Origin: Callorhinchus milii
Lineage: Eukaryota
Length of the DNA: 64,000 nucleotides
Direction: 5' to 3'
Assembly (NCBI RefSeq): GCF_018977255.1
Contig: NW_024704743.1
Coordinates: 66,094,001-66,158,000, forward strand
Shown here: positions 1 through 12,616 of the stretch, in pieces
Numbering within the stretch: position 1 is the first letter of the stretch
Layout: the number at the start of each line of letters is the position of its first letter
Notes under the pieces: model-generated
What the model was told of the DNA's origin: nothing
Database searches by the model: none
Seen by the model: only the letters and a program-made list of their open reading frames with translations
Made by a program: the position numbers and the translations under genes

Positions 1-440
1 GGTTACAAGTTGCACCTCAATTGACATTTATGAGTCAGTCGTGATAAGTTATTTCTAAGATCACCTTCCTCACCTTTGTGACTATGATTTATCCATCTTA
101 TGGATGAGATGTTCATCTTAAATGCCGTCTGCTAGTTCAGATCACATCTGACAATATTATTTGAGGAGAGAAAGGAGTTTCTCTCAGGGCTCTAATCAAT
201 AATTCTCCAAATTATTTAGGCATCTGCCTTACACCTGTCTGTGGTGACTTTGCCAATGCAAATGACTGGTGTAATTTTGCCTATCAATCCAGTCAAGTGA
301 CTAAACTTGACAGTAAGCTGTAAAGTGCTTTGAGATTTTGATGTAATAAGGTGCTACATAAATGCAAGCTCTTTCATTTCTTTGAGGATACAGCATCACC
401 ATTACTTTCCCTCAGCGTCGAAAGTGTCAGCCTGACTGTT

Positions 441-739
441 AGTCCTGTAGCTCAGTGGTTAGAGCACTCGCCTCACAAGCAAGAGACCTAGATTTGATTC
501 CCGGCAGAGCCAAACTTTGGGCAACTCCACACGCCTGATAATAATCCCTCAAGAAAAAAATAATAATAAATTGGTCACTTTAATCCATGACTGTTTGTGA
601 GACACTGCTGTGCCAATTGGCTGCCACGTTTCGCCCACCAATATATAGTCAGTTCACTTTACAGTATATTCTGTGAAGCGCTTTGAGACTTCTAGAAGAT
701 GTGAAAACCGCTATATCAATACAAGGATTATTATTATTA
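441..739 (+). mobile_element. Young tRNA-derived SINE, short variant (TAGAA tail loop)
   Basis: A box TAGCTCAGTGG, B-box-like GATTTGATTCC, body shared with 26431 and 62558 copies, L2-like tail, (ATT)n end. Confidence 0.9.
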
Positions 740-799
740 ATAGCACTCTAAATTCTGAGTCAGAAAGCTTTGGTTTTAAGCCCTACATCAGGATTTTAC

Positions 800-1362
800 A
801 ATACAAAATACAAAATTACATTTGTATAGCGCCTTTCCCATCAGAAGGACATCCCAAGGCTCTGGACAGTAAAGGGTTTGGACCTGAGCAGACAAATTGG
901 GATCAGGGAGGGTGGGGGGCAGGGAAGGAGGGGTAGGAGGGTGGCTGAAGGAGAGGTCAAAGAGGAGGTTCTTGAGATGTGCCTTGAAGGAGGCAAGGGA
1001 AGGAGCGAGATGAAGGGAATGTGGGATGGAGTTCCAAAGGGTGGGGGCAGAGGGGATGAAGCCTGACTGCAGATGGTGGAGCGGGGTGGGCAGGAGACTT
1101 GGATCAGGCCAAGTCTGAATGGAAGGAGCAGACAGGTTGATATGGGGGTAGCAGATCACAGAGGTAGGAAGGGGCAAAGCGTGGAGGGTCTTGAAGGTGA
1201 GGACAAGGATTTTGAACTCTATCCTCTAGGGGATGGGGAGCCAGTGGAGCCGGGCGAGGGTGGGGGTGCTAGGGTCATGGAGCCTGGTTTGGGAGAGGAC
1301 ACGAGCTGCAGATTTCTGGATGATCTGCAGCTTGTGGAAGGAAAAGTTGGGAAAGTCGACAA
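800..1362 (-). mobile_element. L2-clade LINE 3' fragment
   Basis: Reverse complement matches the 3' ends of the L2 copies at 15414 and 61374 (LHWLP-coding region, C-rich 3' UTR, GGGATGTCC..GAAAGGCGCTATA tail). Confidence 0.85.
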
Positions 1363-1629
1363 GTAGCAAGTTGGTGTAGCAAGTTGACCTCAATGTAGCA
1401 TTCCACCAGCACTACATCACTCCAAAGTGCATGATATACTATAAAGGATATATGTAAAGTGCAGTGACTGTGTATTTTGTGGGTGAATGTGGCAGCCATG
1501 TCAATGGCATAGCAATGCTCCACAAATAGCCATGAAGTGAATAATTGATTTTATTGGCCAGGACACTGGTAGAAACTCCTTCTCTTTTTGAATAGTGCCA
1601 TGAGATCTTTAATGTCACCTTGAACAACT

Positions 1630-1930
1630 TGTGATTAGCCTTGTGGGGGAGGTCAGCTCATATTGCCCTGAACTGGCTCCAAAGTGATATTTTTGGTAAC
1701 AGAATGTTAGAAACAACCCAACCCTCCGTGGTGGTCTTGGTAGTCATTCCTGACCCAGGCAGGTCTGTAATATTCCAGGACACTTGTGATAACAGCCCAG
1801 CCAGCTTAGTCGATCGGCAGGACTTGGCAGGGCAGACCAATCCAACTCTTCCAACTCAGCTCCCGTTAACCGTCAAGCCAATGCCCTAACTAGAAGGATG
1901 GTCCTAGCTGAACAACGGCAGGAAAGCTTA
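1630..1930 (+). repeat. Family X, 5' half of a copy interrupted by a second copy
   Basis: Aligns by eye with 5251-5520 and 53562-53930 (GTGGTCTTGGTAGTC..TTCCTGA.CCAGG; GATGGTCCTAGCTGAACA..GGAAAGCTT). Confidence 0.75.
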
Positions 1931-1940
1931 CTTACAATGC

Positions 1941-2482
1941 TTTTTTTTGTCAGACGGATGTCATGTGGAAACTCATCACAATGCATAAGAGTATCCAAAC
2001 GAAGCTGAGATTTCCATTCATCCCACCTATACATGGAAATCCCAGAGATAGAATGTGGGAGTGGAATGTGCACTCTCTCCCTGGAGGTACGCATCTTTCT
2101 TACCTAATTCTGGAAAGTATTAGGCCCTGGTTGACAAGAGCCAATGCTTTGGGACCCCAGGGTCTGCACTGGGGTACTGCTGAACTCTAACCAGCTAAAA
2201 CTGCATTGCTTGCTATTGATGTTGCTGTCCAGCAAGCTTTTCTGTTTCTTATCCAGTCAGGACCACCCTGCCCTTTAGGGCTTTGACTTGCAGGGTAAAC
2301 AGAACATGAGTGGGATGACACCATCCCCAGTGACTGGTCTGCCTTTCCAGGTCCTGCCGATCAGCCAGGCTGGCTGCGCTGTCATCAGCAGTGCCCTGGA
2401 ATACTGCAGACCCACCTGGCTCAGGAACCGGACTACCGAGATCGTCACAGAGACCTGGCTCAATTCTGACATTCCATTGCCA
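1941..2482 (-). repeat. Family X, near full-length inverted copy
   Basis: Starts with a T-run (A-tail on the minus strand); reverse complement collinear with 5300-5783. Confidence 0.8.
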
Positions 2483-2692
2483 GGCACATTCTGGGGTCCC
2501 CAAGCCTTGGCTCTTGCTAACCCACCCTAATACTTTCTGAAATTAGTAAGCAGGATGCATCCCTCCAGGGAGAGAGTGTGTATTGTATTTCAATAAGTAT
2601 CTCTGGAATTTCCATGTATAGGTGGGGTGCATCGAACTCTCATTTTGGTTTGAATGCTCTTAAGCATGGTGAATTTCTGCATGTATCAGACA
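2483..2692 (+). repeat. Family X, 3' part of the interrupted copy
   Basis: CACATTCTGGGGTCCCCAAGCCTTGGCTCTTGC...CTCTGGAATTTCCATGTATAGG...TCAGACA matches 5576-5765. Confidence 0.8.
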
Positions 2693-2744
2693 AGCAGGGA
2701 GTTGATGTTATAATGGCTCAGCAAAAAAAAATATTGCCCACCTG

Positions 2745-3552
2745 TACAGGCAGACAGGGCTCTATTTGAAGTTTCATCCGAAGGGCAACACGTTCAACAA
2801 TGCAGCACCTCCCCCCCCAACGCACTACATTGGAGTATCCATGCAGTTGTTACATCTCGACTCGACTATGCCAACTCCCTGTTTGTCGGCCTTCCCAACT
2901 CTTCCCTCCACAAGCTGCAGATCATTCAGACCTCTGCAGCTTGTGTCCTCTCCCACACCAGGCTTTGTGACCCCATCAAACCCACCCTCGCCCAGCTCCA
3001 TTGGTTCCCCGTCCCGCAGAGGATAGAGTTCAAAATCCTCGACCTCACCTTCAAGGCCCTCCACGGCCTTGCTTCTTCCTACCTTTATAACGTGCTAACA
3101 CCATATCAACTTGTCCGCTCCCTACGCTCAGCGTGCTCCACATCCCCTACCCAGCTTGCCCCACAATCGGCTTTCGGGCCTTCAGCCTTTTTGCCCCCAC
3201 CTTTTGGAATTGCATTCCACAGTCACTTCACCTCACCTCCTCCCTTGCCTCCTTCAAGGCATGCCTCAAGACCCTCCTCTTTGACTTTGCTTTCAGCAAC
3301 CCTCCTATACCTACCCTCCCTGCCTTCCACCCCTCCTGATTCCAACCCCCTGCTCAGGTCCAAATCCTTGATTGCCCAGCTCCTTTAGATGACTTCCTGA
3401 TGTGAAAGGTGCTATACAAATGTCATTTGTTGTTATAGTTGTTGTATCAGCTTAGACTGTATGAGTTCCAAGTTCCTATGAGTGGCGTGAACCCACATCT
3501 TTCTGACAAAAATTCAGAGACAAAAATGCTACCAGCTGAGCCAGGCTGACAC
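2745..3552 (-). mobile_element. DeuSINE-type SINE split by an L2 insertion
   Basis: 2745-2839 and 3444-3552 join into a sequence matching the copies at 38080 and 50830. Confidence 0.7.
2840..3443 (+). mobile_element. L2-clade LINE 3' fragment
   Basis: Encodes broken HAVVTSRLDYANSL...LAQLHWFP; L2 tail with TTG repeats; flanked by GTATC direct repeat. Confidence 0.85.
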
Positions 3553-4425
3553 AATGATAAAGATTAAAAGATTATGGTGGCAAAACGCAATTCAAATGCA
3601 CCATTCAATGGCCGGCATACTGAAACACAGCTTAAATCAGAAAGATGTTTGTATATTGGGACTTCTGGGAAGATGTCCTGAAAGAGTCGGTGAAGTTTGG
3701 AACCAGATGAGGAATGGAAGGAATGGCTACAGAGCCAAGAATGACAAAAGTAGCAAACCATGAAGTACTATCTGTTGTTTGTGAATCTGTCAGCATCCAT
3801 AACTATCTCTCCTGCCTTGTCTTTCTTAAATGCATCAAATCAAAGGATTTTTTCTGCGAAATCAAACAATGATTCTCTGTATATCTGTCACTACTGAGGA
3901 GCACTGGTAGCCTGCCCTGCAAAGTCACTGATATGAACTGAGAGAAAAGTATTTGAATTGCATTCAGAGACCCTGATTTGTGACAGTGCATTGAAATCAA
4001 TACAATGAAAGACAAATGGCCATAGTTAGCTTAGGAACTTGCCTCTAGTTTCTCAGTGTATATTGGGCTTTATTTGTTTCTTCGGTAACCTAAGAAATGG
4101 CACACAGAGGGAAATTGATGAACATTAAATCATCGTGTGCACTCAATCATGTGAAACCACTTGGTACAGTCACCATAGAAACCTAAGTAAAAGCAACCAC
4201 AAATGTTCATATATGTCACTAGGATTTAATTCTAATTTCAATATGTGGAAATTATTTCAATGCTTGACATATGGCAATATGAAATTACAATTGTAAACAT
4301 TAATTTGAACGGTGAACTTTTATTCCCAACCAAAATCGCTCACTCATTCATGTTATGAAAGTAAGAGCAATTGAGCTTGATGTTGGATTTAGTGAGAGCA
4401 AATTGTATTTGTCAAATTCACATTG

Positions 4426-4841
4426 TCTGGCTCAGATGGTAGCACTCTCTCCTCTGAGTCAGAAGAATTATGGGTTTAAGCGCCACGCTGGACTTGAACT
4501 CCCATGGTCTAAGCTGACACTCCAACACAGTGCTGGGTATGTGTTTGATGTTGAGATGAAATCCTTCAGATGAAAAGTTTAACCAAGTCCCATTTTTCTG
4601 GACGTAAACAATCCCATGGCACTATTCGAAGTGAAGGTAGTTTCTCCCAGTACCCTGGCCAACAATTCCTAAATAAAACTGGTCATTTGTTTTGTGGATC
4701 AGTGCTGTGCATAAATGGGCTGCTGCGGTTGTCTACAAATACAAAGTCACTGCAGTTTACAGTATAATCCTGTGATGCACTGTCATACATCCTCCCAAAG
4801 TGAAAGGTGCTATACCAAATGTAAGGATTATTATTATTATT
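4426..4841 (+). mobile_element. DeuSINE-type SINE (SacSINE1/AmnSINE-like), near full length
   Basis: tRNA-like head TGGCTCAGATGGTAGCACTCT..CTCTGAGTCAGAAG; Deu-type ATCCCATGGCACTATTCGAAG..CCTGGCCAACA; L2-like tail; family assignment from recalled consensus. Confidence 0.75.
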
Positions 4842-5250
4842 GTCCAAGGGCTAGAAATCATTTATTGAGCAATTCTCAATCCATTCAGCACTCATGATAA
4901 GGTGAGTGGTGGCTGGCACATCACAAGTTGTATTGTAAAGGTCTTCCGACCATGCTGAAGGCAGATGGCTGTCAGGTACCTGATGAGGAAACTCTGAAGC
5001 TTGGGGAAAACGATGCTGGAAGGCGTTACCTGGAATCTGAGTTCGTGAACACACGTCCGTACTTCTTAGAATCAATCTTGATTGGTTTGCAGGGCAAGCA
5101 ACTGTGCTTAAGCTCCACACGTCCAACTGATGGAACCATTGCTCAATGGGAAGGGATATGTGTCCGAGCTGTGGGCAGGAAGATACAATATAATAAAAAT
5201 TACATTGTATAGTGCCTTTCATGTCGGGAGGACATCCCAAGGCATTAGAC

Positions 5251-5783
5251 AGGGTCTCCTTGCAACTGAACTAACTTCAAGGTGACATATTTGACAACAA
5301 AACGGTAGAATCAAGCCAACCCCCTGTGGCAGTCTCACTGGTCCAGTTCCTGAGCCAGTACACCAGGGCAGGACAGTACAGGCAGCCTGGCTCACAAGCA
5401 GGGCCTGGAAGGGCAGATCAGTCACTGGGGGAAGGGACTCTTCCCACTCAGCTCCTGTTTACTCAGTAAGCCAAAGCCCCAACCAGTAGGGTGGTCCTAG
5501 TTGGACAAACAGCAAAAAAGCTTTCAATGGCAAGCTATCAGATTTTAGCTGAATAGACTCCAGGAGTAACCGAATGCACATTCTGGGGTATCCAAGCCTT
5601 GCCTCTTGCCAACCTGAGCTCTCTTAATACTCTCTGGAATTATAAAAACGGGATGTGTCCCTCTCGGGAGAGAGCACTCCATTCTGATAAATAACTCTGG
5701 AATTTCCATGTATAGGTAGGATGCATCAAACTCTCAGCTGAAGGGTTTCTGCACATGTCAGACACTCGCCTGACCCAAAAAAA
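5251..5783 (+). repeat. Family X, near full-length copy with A-rich end
   Basis: AGGGTCTCCTTG..CTGAACT head to TGTCAGACAC..CTGACCCAAAAAAA end; no ORF. Confidence 0.8.
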
Positions 5784-7035
5784 TGATGAGGTGGAACTCT
5801 CAAGCATTGTCTTCATCGACTATCTTATAACTTGTGCTTTGGTCATTTGGATCTATTCCATCTTGAATGTTTAGACCAAATACTTGCCCCATTCAGACCA
5901 AATATTTGGCCCCGATCCAGTCCCCTAAATTATGCTAAACATGTAACTGTCAAATATCTAAAAAGTAACGAACCAAAGGGTTCAAAAAACATTCGGTTCT
6001 GTGTTTAATTTTTTTTCAGTTATTTGACAAGACTTGACCACAGTTTGCTTCGAGATCTTAGCATTAGAAGAATGTGTTCTTTAATGTTTATCTTTGCAAT
6101 GCCATGCGGCTTCAGCTGTACGAGATGCAGTGTGTAACATCATGTGGTTTGTGCTGTGCACAGGCACCAACTCACCATTATTGACTCTGTACTGGGAGGA
6201 ATCGCGGAGGGTAGTAAACAATGAGATCATTCCTTCCTTTTTAGCCAGAAAATAAATCTGTAGGAAGTCTTGTGGGTGACAACTACTTTATAGGGCTCTT
6301 GTATGGTCAAGAGTGGTGGTCTAGAGTTCAAACAGAATACTTTGTTCTTAGCAATATACCTGGGCATTAGCACCAACACTGAAGTCCTCTTGAAGCCAAT
6401 TTATACTTCTTTGTCCAAAAATAAATACCAATTCAGGAGTATATGAATATGCATATTCCTTTCTTACTCTCTTTCTCTCCCCCACCTCCTCCGCAAATAA
6501 AATGGTTCTTTGTTAATTAAGGATTTTGGCACAGTTTGAAAATATTAAATTATAGTTGGTGCAGTTTCCACCACAAAAGAAAAAACTGGTGGGAATCTGA
6601 TCAAATGTTGTATTTTGCTGACGTAAAAGAATGTTAAATTTAGCCCCTTTTTTTTCTTAGCCTATAGGTTGTACTTAGAGGCCAACTAAACCCCAGTGGT
6701 GAAATCATTACTTTCACTGCTAACTCTTCTCCTTGTGACATTTCTCATGCTGCTTGTAATCCATTCATCAGAGCTATCTGTGCGCAAGTGTTCAAGTCAT
6801 CCCGATGAGATGCCCTTTTCCTGGGAAAGCAGAAGGGGAAAAGGAAACATTTACAAATTTGGGGGGGAATTCGTCATTAGGGACATTGTGTTTTGAGGAG
6901 CTATCCTGCGTGAAAGGGGCTATATAAATACCTTCTCTGTATTGCCCAGGAACTATGACAACAGTGACACTTTTAATGATAATCATGAACTTGCAAAAAA
7001 ATATTAAATGTGTACAGGAGTTTTGTAATTCAACA

Positions 7036-7550
7036 GTTAGAGTGCTCGCCTTGCAGGTGAGAGTCCTGGGTTCGATTCCTGGCAGGGCAAAACCTTGGGT
7101 AAGTTTCCTTAGTCCACACTCCAGATAAAATTAGAGCACTCGCTTTGCAAGCGAGAGACCTGAGTTCAATTCCAGGCACGGCGAAACCTTGGGCAAGTTT
7201 CCTTACTCCACACACCTAATAATAATCCCTCCAAAACCAAAAACAATAATAAATTGGTCATTTTCAATCTACGACTGTTTGTGGGACATTGCTGTGCGCA
7301 ATTGGCTGCCGCGTTCGCCCACAAATATACAGTCAATTCACTTTACAGGGTGTTCTGTGAAGCGCTTTGGGACGTCCTCCTGACGTGAAAAGCGCTATAT
7401 CAAATGCAAGGATTATTATTATCATATAACCCCTCAAGGAAAAAAAAACAATGATAAAAACTTGGTCACTTCAATCAACGATTGTTTGTGGGACACTACT
7501 GTGTGTAATTGGCTGCCATGTTTTACCCAAATATACAGTCGATTCACCTT
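7036..7550 (+). mobile_element. Older tRNA-SINE copy (7036-7128 plus 7423-7550) split by a younger copy
   Basis: The two flanks join into one collinear SINE head and body. Confidence 0.7.
7131..7422 (+). mobile_element. Young tRNA-derived SINE, short variant (L2-type CTCCT tail loop)
   Basis: Nearly identical to 26431-26745 and 62558-62880; slightly 5' truncated. Confidence 0.92.
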
Positions 7551-8429
7551 CTTTATGCAATCAATCTCCTGTACAAGGCTCTTAACAGTAGACAATACTT
7601 CAAAAAACACTGCACAAAAAGTTAGTTGAGTTAATCAAACTATAATGCACATTTAGCCAAAGGACAAGATCTCTTAAAAGACAAAAAAGTTATGGCCATA
7701 TGCATGATTGAAAAAAGAAAAAAGAAAAAATATATTAGCAGAAATTGTGTGTGTAAATATTAATCTTTATATGAAATTATCTTCAGCTCACGAGGGACAT
7801 TAAACTTGAAAGATTATTGCAAAGATATTAAACTGGTGTCAATTTAACAGTCAAGAGTAAATAATGCCAATAAAACCATTTTAAATCTGAAATTTCTCCA
7901 TCTCTGCAACTTATACCAAAGTTTATAAACATACAAAAATAGAGATGTATAATAATAATAATCTTTACATTTCATATAGTCCCTTTCACATTGGGAGGAT
8001 ACCTCAAATCACTTCACAGGATATACTGTGACACATTGTGATGCAGTGTGAGTGTATGTTTAGGGGCCAAATGAGATGTAAACAAGCCCCAATAATCAAC
8101 CACAAACATGTTAAGAATGGAAATAGTGGTACGCTTATTGCTGTCACCATAAGTATAAAACAAAACTGTTAAACTGCAACAGTTGTTTGAAGATACTTTC
8201 CGATAAAAAAATCTGAGGGAAGATGCTTTAAGTGTCATTATCTTTTGACAAACTCATAAAGCAATGTTTAAGTCTTGCTAAAGTCTGAGGGTGTTGAATT
8301 GTGAAGGTGATTGGAATCCTACTAAGTAAGATGGCAGCCATGAGGAGAGGGATTGGGTTTATCACTTGAGGTAATTTATATTCTTGGTCAACTTCAGATT
8401 GTAAGGTCCATTCTTAAGGTGCTGAAGAA

Positions 8430-8620
8430 AATAATAGTAATTTGATCATTCAATCCACAACTGTTTTGGGGACACCATTGTGCACAATTGGTGGCCATGT
8501 TTTGCCCACAAAATATACAAAATATCAATTCACTTTACAGTATATTCTGTGAAGCTCTTTGAGATGTCTCGACGATGCGGTAAGATGCTATATCAAATGC
8601 AAGGATTATTATTATTATTA
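8430..8620 (+). mobile_element. tRNA-SINE 3' half
   Basis: CAATCCACAACTGTTTTGGGGACAC...ATCAAATGCAAGG(ATT)n. Confidence 0.8.
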
Positions 8621-9989
8621 CTTCTCTTTACCTTAGTCAAAGTGGATGTGCTGTACAGAGTTTCCTTGATGATGCCTGGAGCCATTCCACCTGGCTCTTC
8701 GATGGAAGACTGCCTCTTTTGAGCACTTTATAGAGGCGGCCACCTGCCCTTGAGCGTTGGGAAAAGTGCCATTGCTTTGAGTAATACGAATAGTTGAGGG
8801 GAAGGTAACAGATTCAAGCACTATGGATCTCAATGACAGATGATTTATTGGATATTTGGGGCCCGACATAGCACCCAGTCTTCACCTGTAATTGTAACAT
8901 TCTTCAATTCAATTTCATTTAAAAAAAGTTAATAAATGCTGAATAAATCTAGCTTTTCAACGAAGTTTGAACTGAAGAATTTTTCCACAATGATCTTAAA
9001 TTTTAAAAAGTAAAGATTTTACAGGCTAACAGTAGGTGGAATTGTGGGCTATGGTGTGTAATGGAATACTTTTGCAAAGTTACAGATGTCGGAATGTGGC
9101 TATGATACAATAGCATATAGGTAGCAGCCAAACTGTGCCAAAATAGGGAAATGCCACTTCATTCCAAGTGTATAACGCAAATGCATGAAGCATATCCGGA
9201 GAAATGCTGCAAGGTACCAAAAACATGATGCACTGAAACATTACAAGGCATGTTCCTTGAAGCACTACGTTTTGGAAAATTCCACAAAATGTTACATGTT
9301 AAAAGTTCAAACGGAGTCAAAAATATTTCACCACCAACAAATCAACATAACAAGCTATGTGATGAAGTCAATGTTGCATAATATTATTACTGAACAGCTT
9401 ATTAAAAACAACACAGCATTTATTTGAAGGGGGGGTGGAGGATGTTGGGGATTGGGTTGGCAAGGTCACTGGAGGAAGTTTCTAATAATAATTCTTGCAC
9501 TTGGTATAGTAGCTTATTGTGAGGATGGCGCAAAACGCTTTAAATGCGGTGGCTGTGTGTTATGTGGGCTCCTTAATATCCACCTGAACAAGCAGATGGG
9601 ATCTCAGTTCATTGTCTCATCCAAAGGAAAGCACATCCAACAATACAGCACACCCCTATAACTGTCATTGGAGCACCAATTTAGACAAAATTCAAAGTCC
9701 TAACTTGGGGCTTGAACTCGAATCGTGCTGATTAGATGATTAGATCACAGTGACGAAGAATTATTCTGGCAAGTACAAAGTTTACTTGAAGGATTGTGTG
9801 CAGTTCTGAGGATCATATTACAGTTGGCGACGCCTTCTGGAGAAGGTGTTTGCAGAATATTGGACATCTGAGCTATGAGGAGAGATTGCAGAAAAATGGA
9901 AATGAATTACACTAAAATCAAATTACAAGTGATTTACACTGAAGAATACCCAATTTCAAATCTTATTGAAGTATTTTGAATAGGAAAAT

Positions 9990-10215
9990 AAAATACAGGA
10001 AAACAGGAGGAGGCATTTCAGCCCATCAAGCCTGTTTATTGGATCTAAGCAGATCTTTTAATCCCAATGTCCTTACCCTTCACCTTACCCCTCTACTCGC
10101 CTACCAACTATCTGCCTATCTCTCATTGAAACTTCCCTATTGATTCTGTCTCTACAGCTTTCTCGGGCAGTGTATTCCACATCTTCATGATCCTATGTGC
10201 GAAGAAATACTTCCT
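9990..10215 (-). mobile_element. CR1 LINE 3' end, degraded
   Basis: CAGGAGGAGGCATTTCAGCCCATCAAGCCTG...GGCAGTGTATTCCAC..GAAGAAATACTTCCT is the typical reverse-complement CR1 3' region. Confidence 0.6.
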
Positions 10216-11109
10216 GGTCCTATAGGTCCAGGATATAACAAACCAGGTACTCTATACAGACAGGAGTTAACATGTGGAACATTTTGCTGGTAAATAGAGA
10301 TGGTTTGAGTAATTTCAAAAGAGAATGGAATGGGTTTATGAAGGAAATTGGGGATGTTGAGATAGTGAGAGACAGTATTTGAAAATGAGACCCAAACAGA
10401 TGGATTCTTATGGTCTGCTCTGCCCTGCATATTCCTATGTTCTGAAAAGATTAATGCCTTGTGCTTATGTTCTGCATAAACAAAACTATTATTCTGTCAT
10501 GTGGACACTATATTCAAAGATCAATTTTTCACATTAACTGTGTGGTTTGTAGGAGTACTTTGTCAGACATTCTTCAGCCTGCTATCCGAATATAAATCAG
10601 CCTCTTGTCATAGCCAATACTGTTGTGCAGATCTTTCACAAAAACTGTGTGAAGCCTATTATTGAAACAAAATTCACTTCACACCAAATAGCACTTACAT
10701 AAAATGCAAATAATTTCTGCTAATGAGCATATAATATAGAGAATAATGCAACAGAACAGTTTGTCATCAAACTAATTGCTGCATGTGCACTTACAATCCA
10801 TTTTGTATAGTGCCCTTCACATTGGGAGGCTGTCTCAAAGCTCTTCATAGGATATTCTCTAAAGTGCTGCATGTTTTTTGGGTGAATGTGGCAGTCAATT
10901 TGTGCACCAATAGCTGTGAAGTGAATGACCAATTTTATTGGGGGATTGTTGGCCAGGTCACCGAGAGAAACTCTCTACCAGATCTCCACAAAGTCCTCAT
11001 GATTATTTTCTGCAGTGCCCTGCAGACTACCAACTGAAACATGTGGAAGAATGATGCTAATTGTATTTAGAAGTACTTAATTGTATTCAGTACAAATGTT
11101 TAACTGTAT

Positions 11110-11277
11110 TTAGATGTCCAGAGGATTGGTGTGAGTGCCATCAATTACTTGGCAGATAATGTTCCTTCACAATGTTCTGTGCGACATCTTCCGTAACATG
11201 ATGGAGTGACAAAGAGAAAATGCATCTCTGACAGCTTATTTCAGCTCCTCTGTAGTCTTATGTCGCTGTTTTGTAAT
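11110..11277 (-). pseudogene. Tc1/mariner transposase C-terminal relic
   Basis: Manual translation ITKQRHKTTEELK*AVRDAFSLCHSIMLRKMSHRTL*RNIICQVIDGTHTNPLDI* resembles mariner-type transposase C-termini. Confidence 0.55.
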
Positions 11278-11594
11278 AGGGGGTAAGAGGACTTTGTGGA
11301 CATCCTGTACGCTTGTGGCTGGTGCTTTGCAATCTATTTTAAGCTGTATTTTGAAGAAGGAAAGATCAGGAGTGCAGCTAAATTTGTAAAGAATCACAGC
11401 ATATCATTCTTGGTTGCTCAGACCGCACTTTGAAACCTTTGTTTTCCACCCATTTACTGTCACATCCTGCAAGGTGATTTGGGAAAAAAGTATCTGTTAA
11501 ATTATTTGCTGAAAGGGGCTTTTTATATGTTGGTCTGAGTAGCATCAATCCATGAGGTAGTTCATTAAAATGGTCTTAGTCAACTGTGTAAACA

Positions 11595-11937
11595 TCAAGA
11601 CTTGAACTCACATTGTCTAGGTTGACACTACAGGACTGGGGGGGAGGGGGTTACACTGTTGGAAGTGCTGTCCTTCAGATGAGACACTGAACAGAGCTCC
11701 AATCTGTGTGTTCAGAAGATCCTATTGCACTGCTCGAAAAGAGAAGGGAATTTCTTCTGGTATCCAGAACAACAAAAACTCCATAACTGTTTGTGAAACA
11801 TTGCTGGGCACGATTGTGCTGTCACATCAGCCTACAAATATACAGTCACTCCAATACACAGTAAATTCTGTGAAGCACTTTGAGGTGTCTTCCTGACATG
11901 TCTTCCTACACTAAACCAAATGCAAATATTATTATTC
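11595..11937 (+). mobile_element. DeuSINE-type SINE, degraded
   Basis: GACTTGAACTC..CTAGGTTGACACT..CAGATGAGAC..GATCCTATTGCACT..tail. Confidence 0.65.
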
Positions 11938-12334
11938 TTAAAAATCTTTGAGACAACTAATCGACATAAAAGGATGCTAAATAAATGTACTTAGTTGATA
12001 TACAGGGCATGATAAATATCACATTGCGATATTGTACTGCCTTCAATTAATTTTAAACCTTGAGTTATATCGCTGTTTCCGGAACCAATAGTGAACTTGT
12101 TCAGATCAATGGGGTAGTAGGTTAAAGCACGCTGGAGAGCTTGAATGCTATAGTTGCTGGCATCTGGGTGAAACCATGTTAACAAAGTTTGGGGTATTCC
12201 CTAGTGGCAGTTACCAACTAGGACAGTTCGAGGGGTTGAATTAGCTCACCGTGTATTAATTATCCTACGCTGTTCAGCCCCATATTTCACATATACATAC
12301 ACAATAATGCTGGTTTTACCATATTGAATTGACT

Positions 12335-12616
12335 CAATGCACTTTACAGAGTTTTATATTAAGTGCAGTGATTGTGTACTTGTGGGCGAATGCGGTTTCA
12401 CTTTTCAAGTCATGCCACTGTGCCTCTAACATCCATCTGAACAGGCAGACATGACCTCAGATTAATGTCATATCCAAAAGATCGCGCCTCCAACAATGCA
12501 GCTCTACTTCATCATTGCATTTGGATGTCAGCATAGACTATGAGCTCTAGACGAAGCTTGAACATATAACCTTGTAATCCAGAGGCCTGTATGTTACCAC
12601 CTGTGCCAGGCTGACA
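12335..12616 (-). mobile_element. DeuSINE-type SINE, degraded
   Basis: Collinear with the minus-strand copies at 38080 and 50830. Confidence 0.6.

Noticed and set aside
2330..2400. CTGATGA...GAAA in family X as a hammerhead ribozyme
   Set aside because: No stem III or cleavage triplet can be formed, and other copies read GGAAGGG instead of GAAA
6745..6820. Minus-strand terminal exon KRASHRDDLNTCAQIALMNGLQAA*
   Set aside because: Good acceptor, but the peptide is unrecognised and I found no phase-compatible upstream exon
8631..8886. Minus-strand exon candidate ending ACTAAG|GTAAAG
   Set aside because: All three frames contain stops from the best acceptor; no recognisable protein
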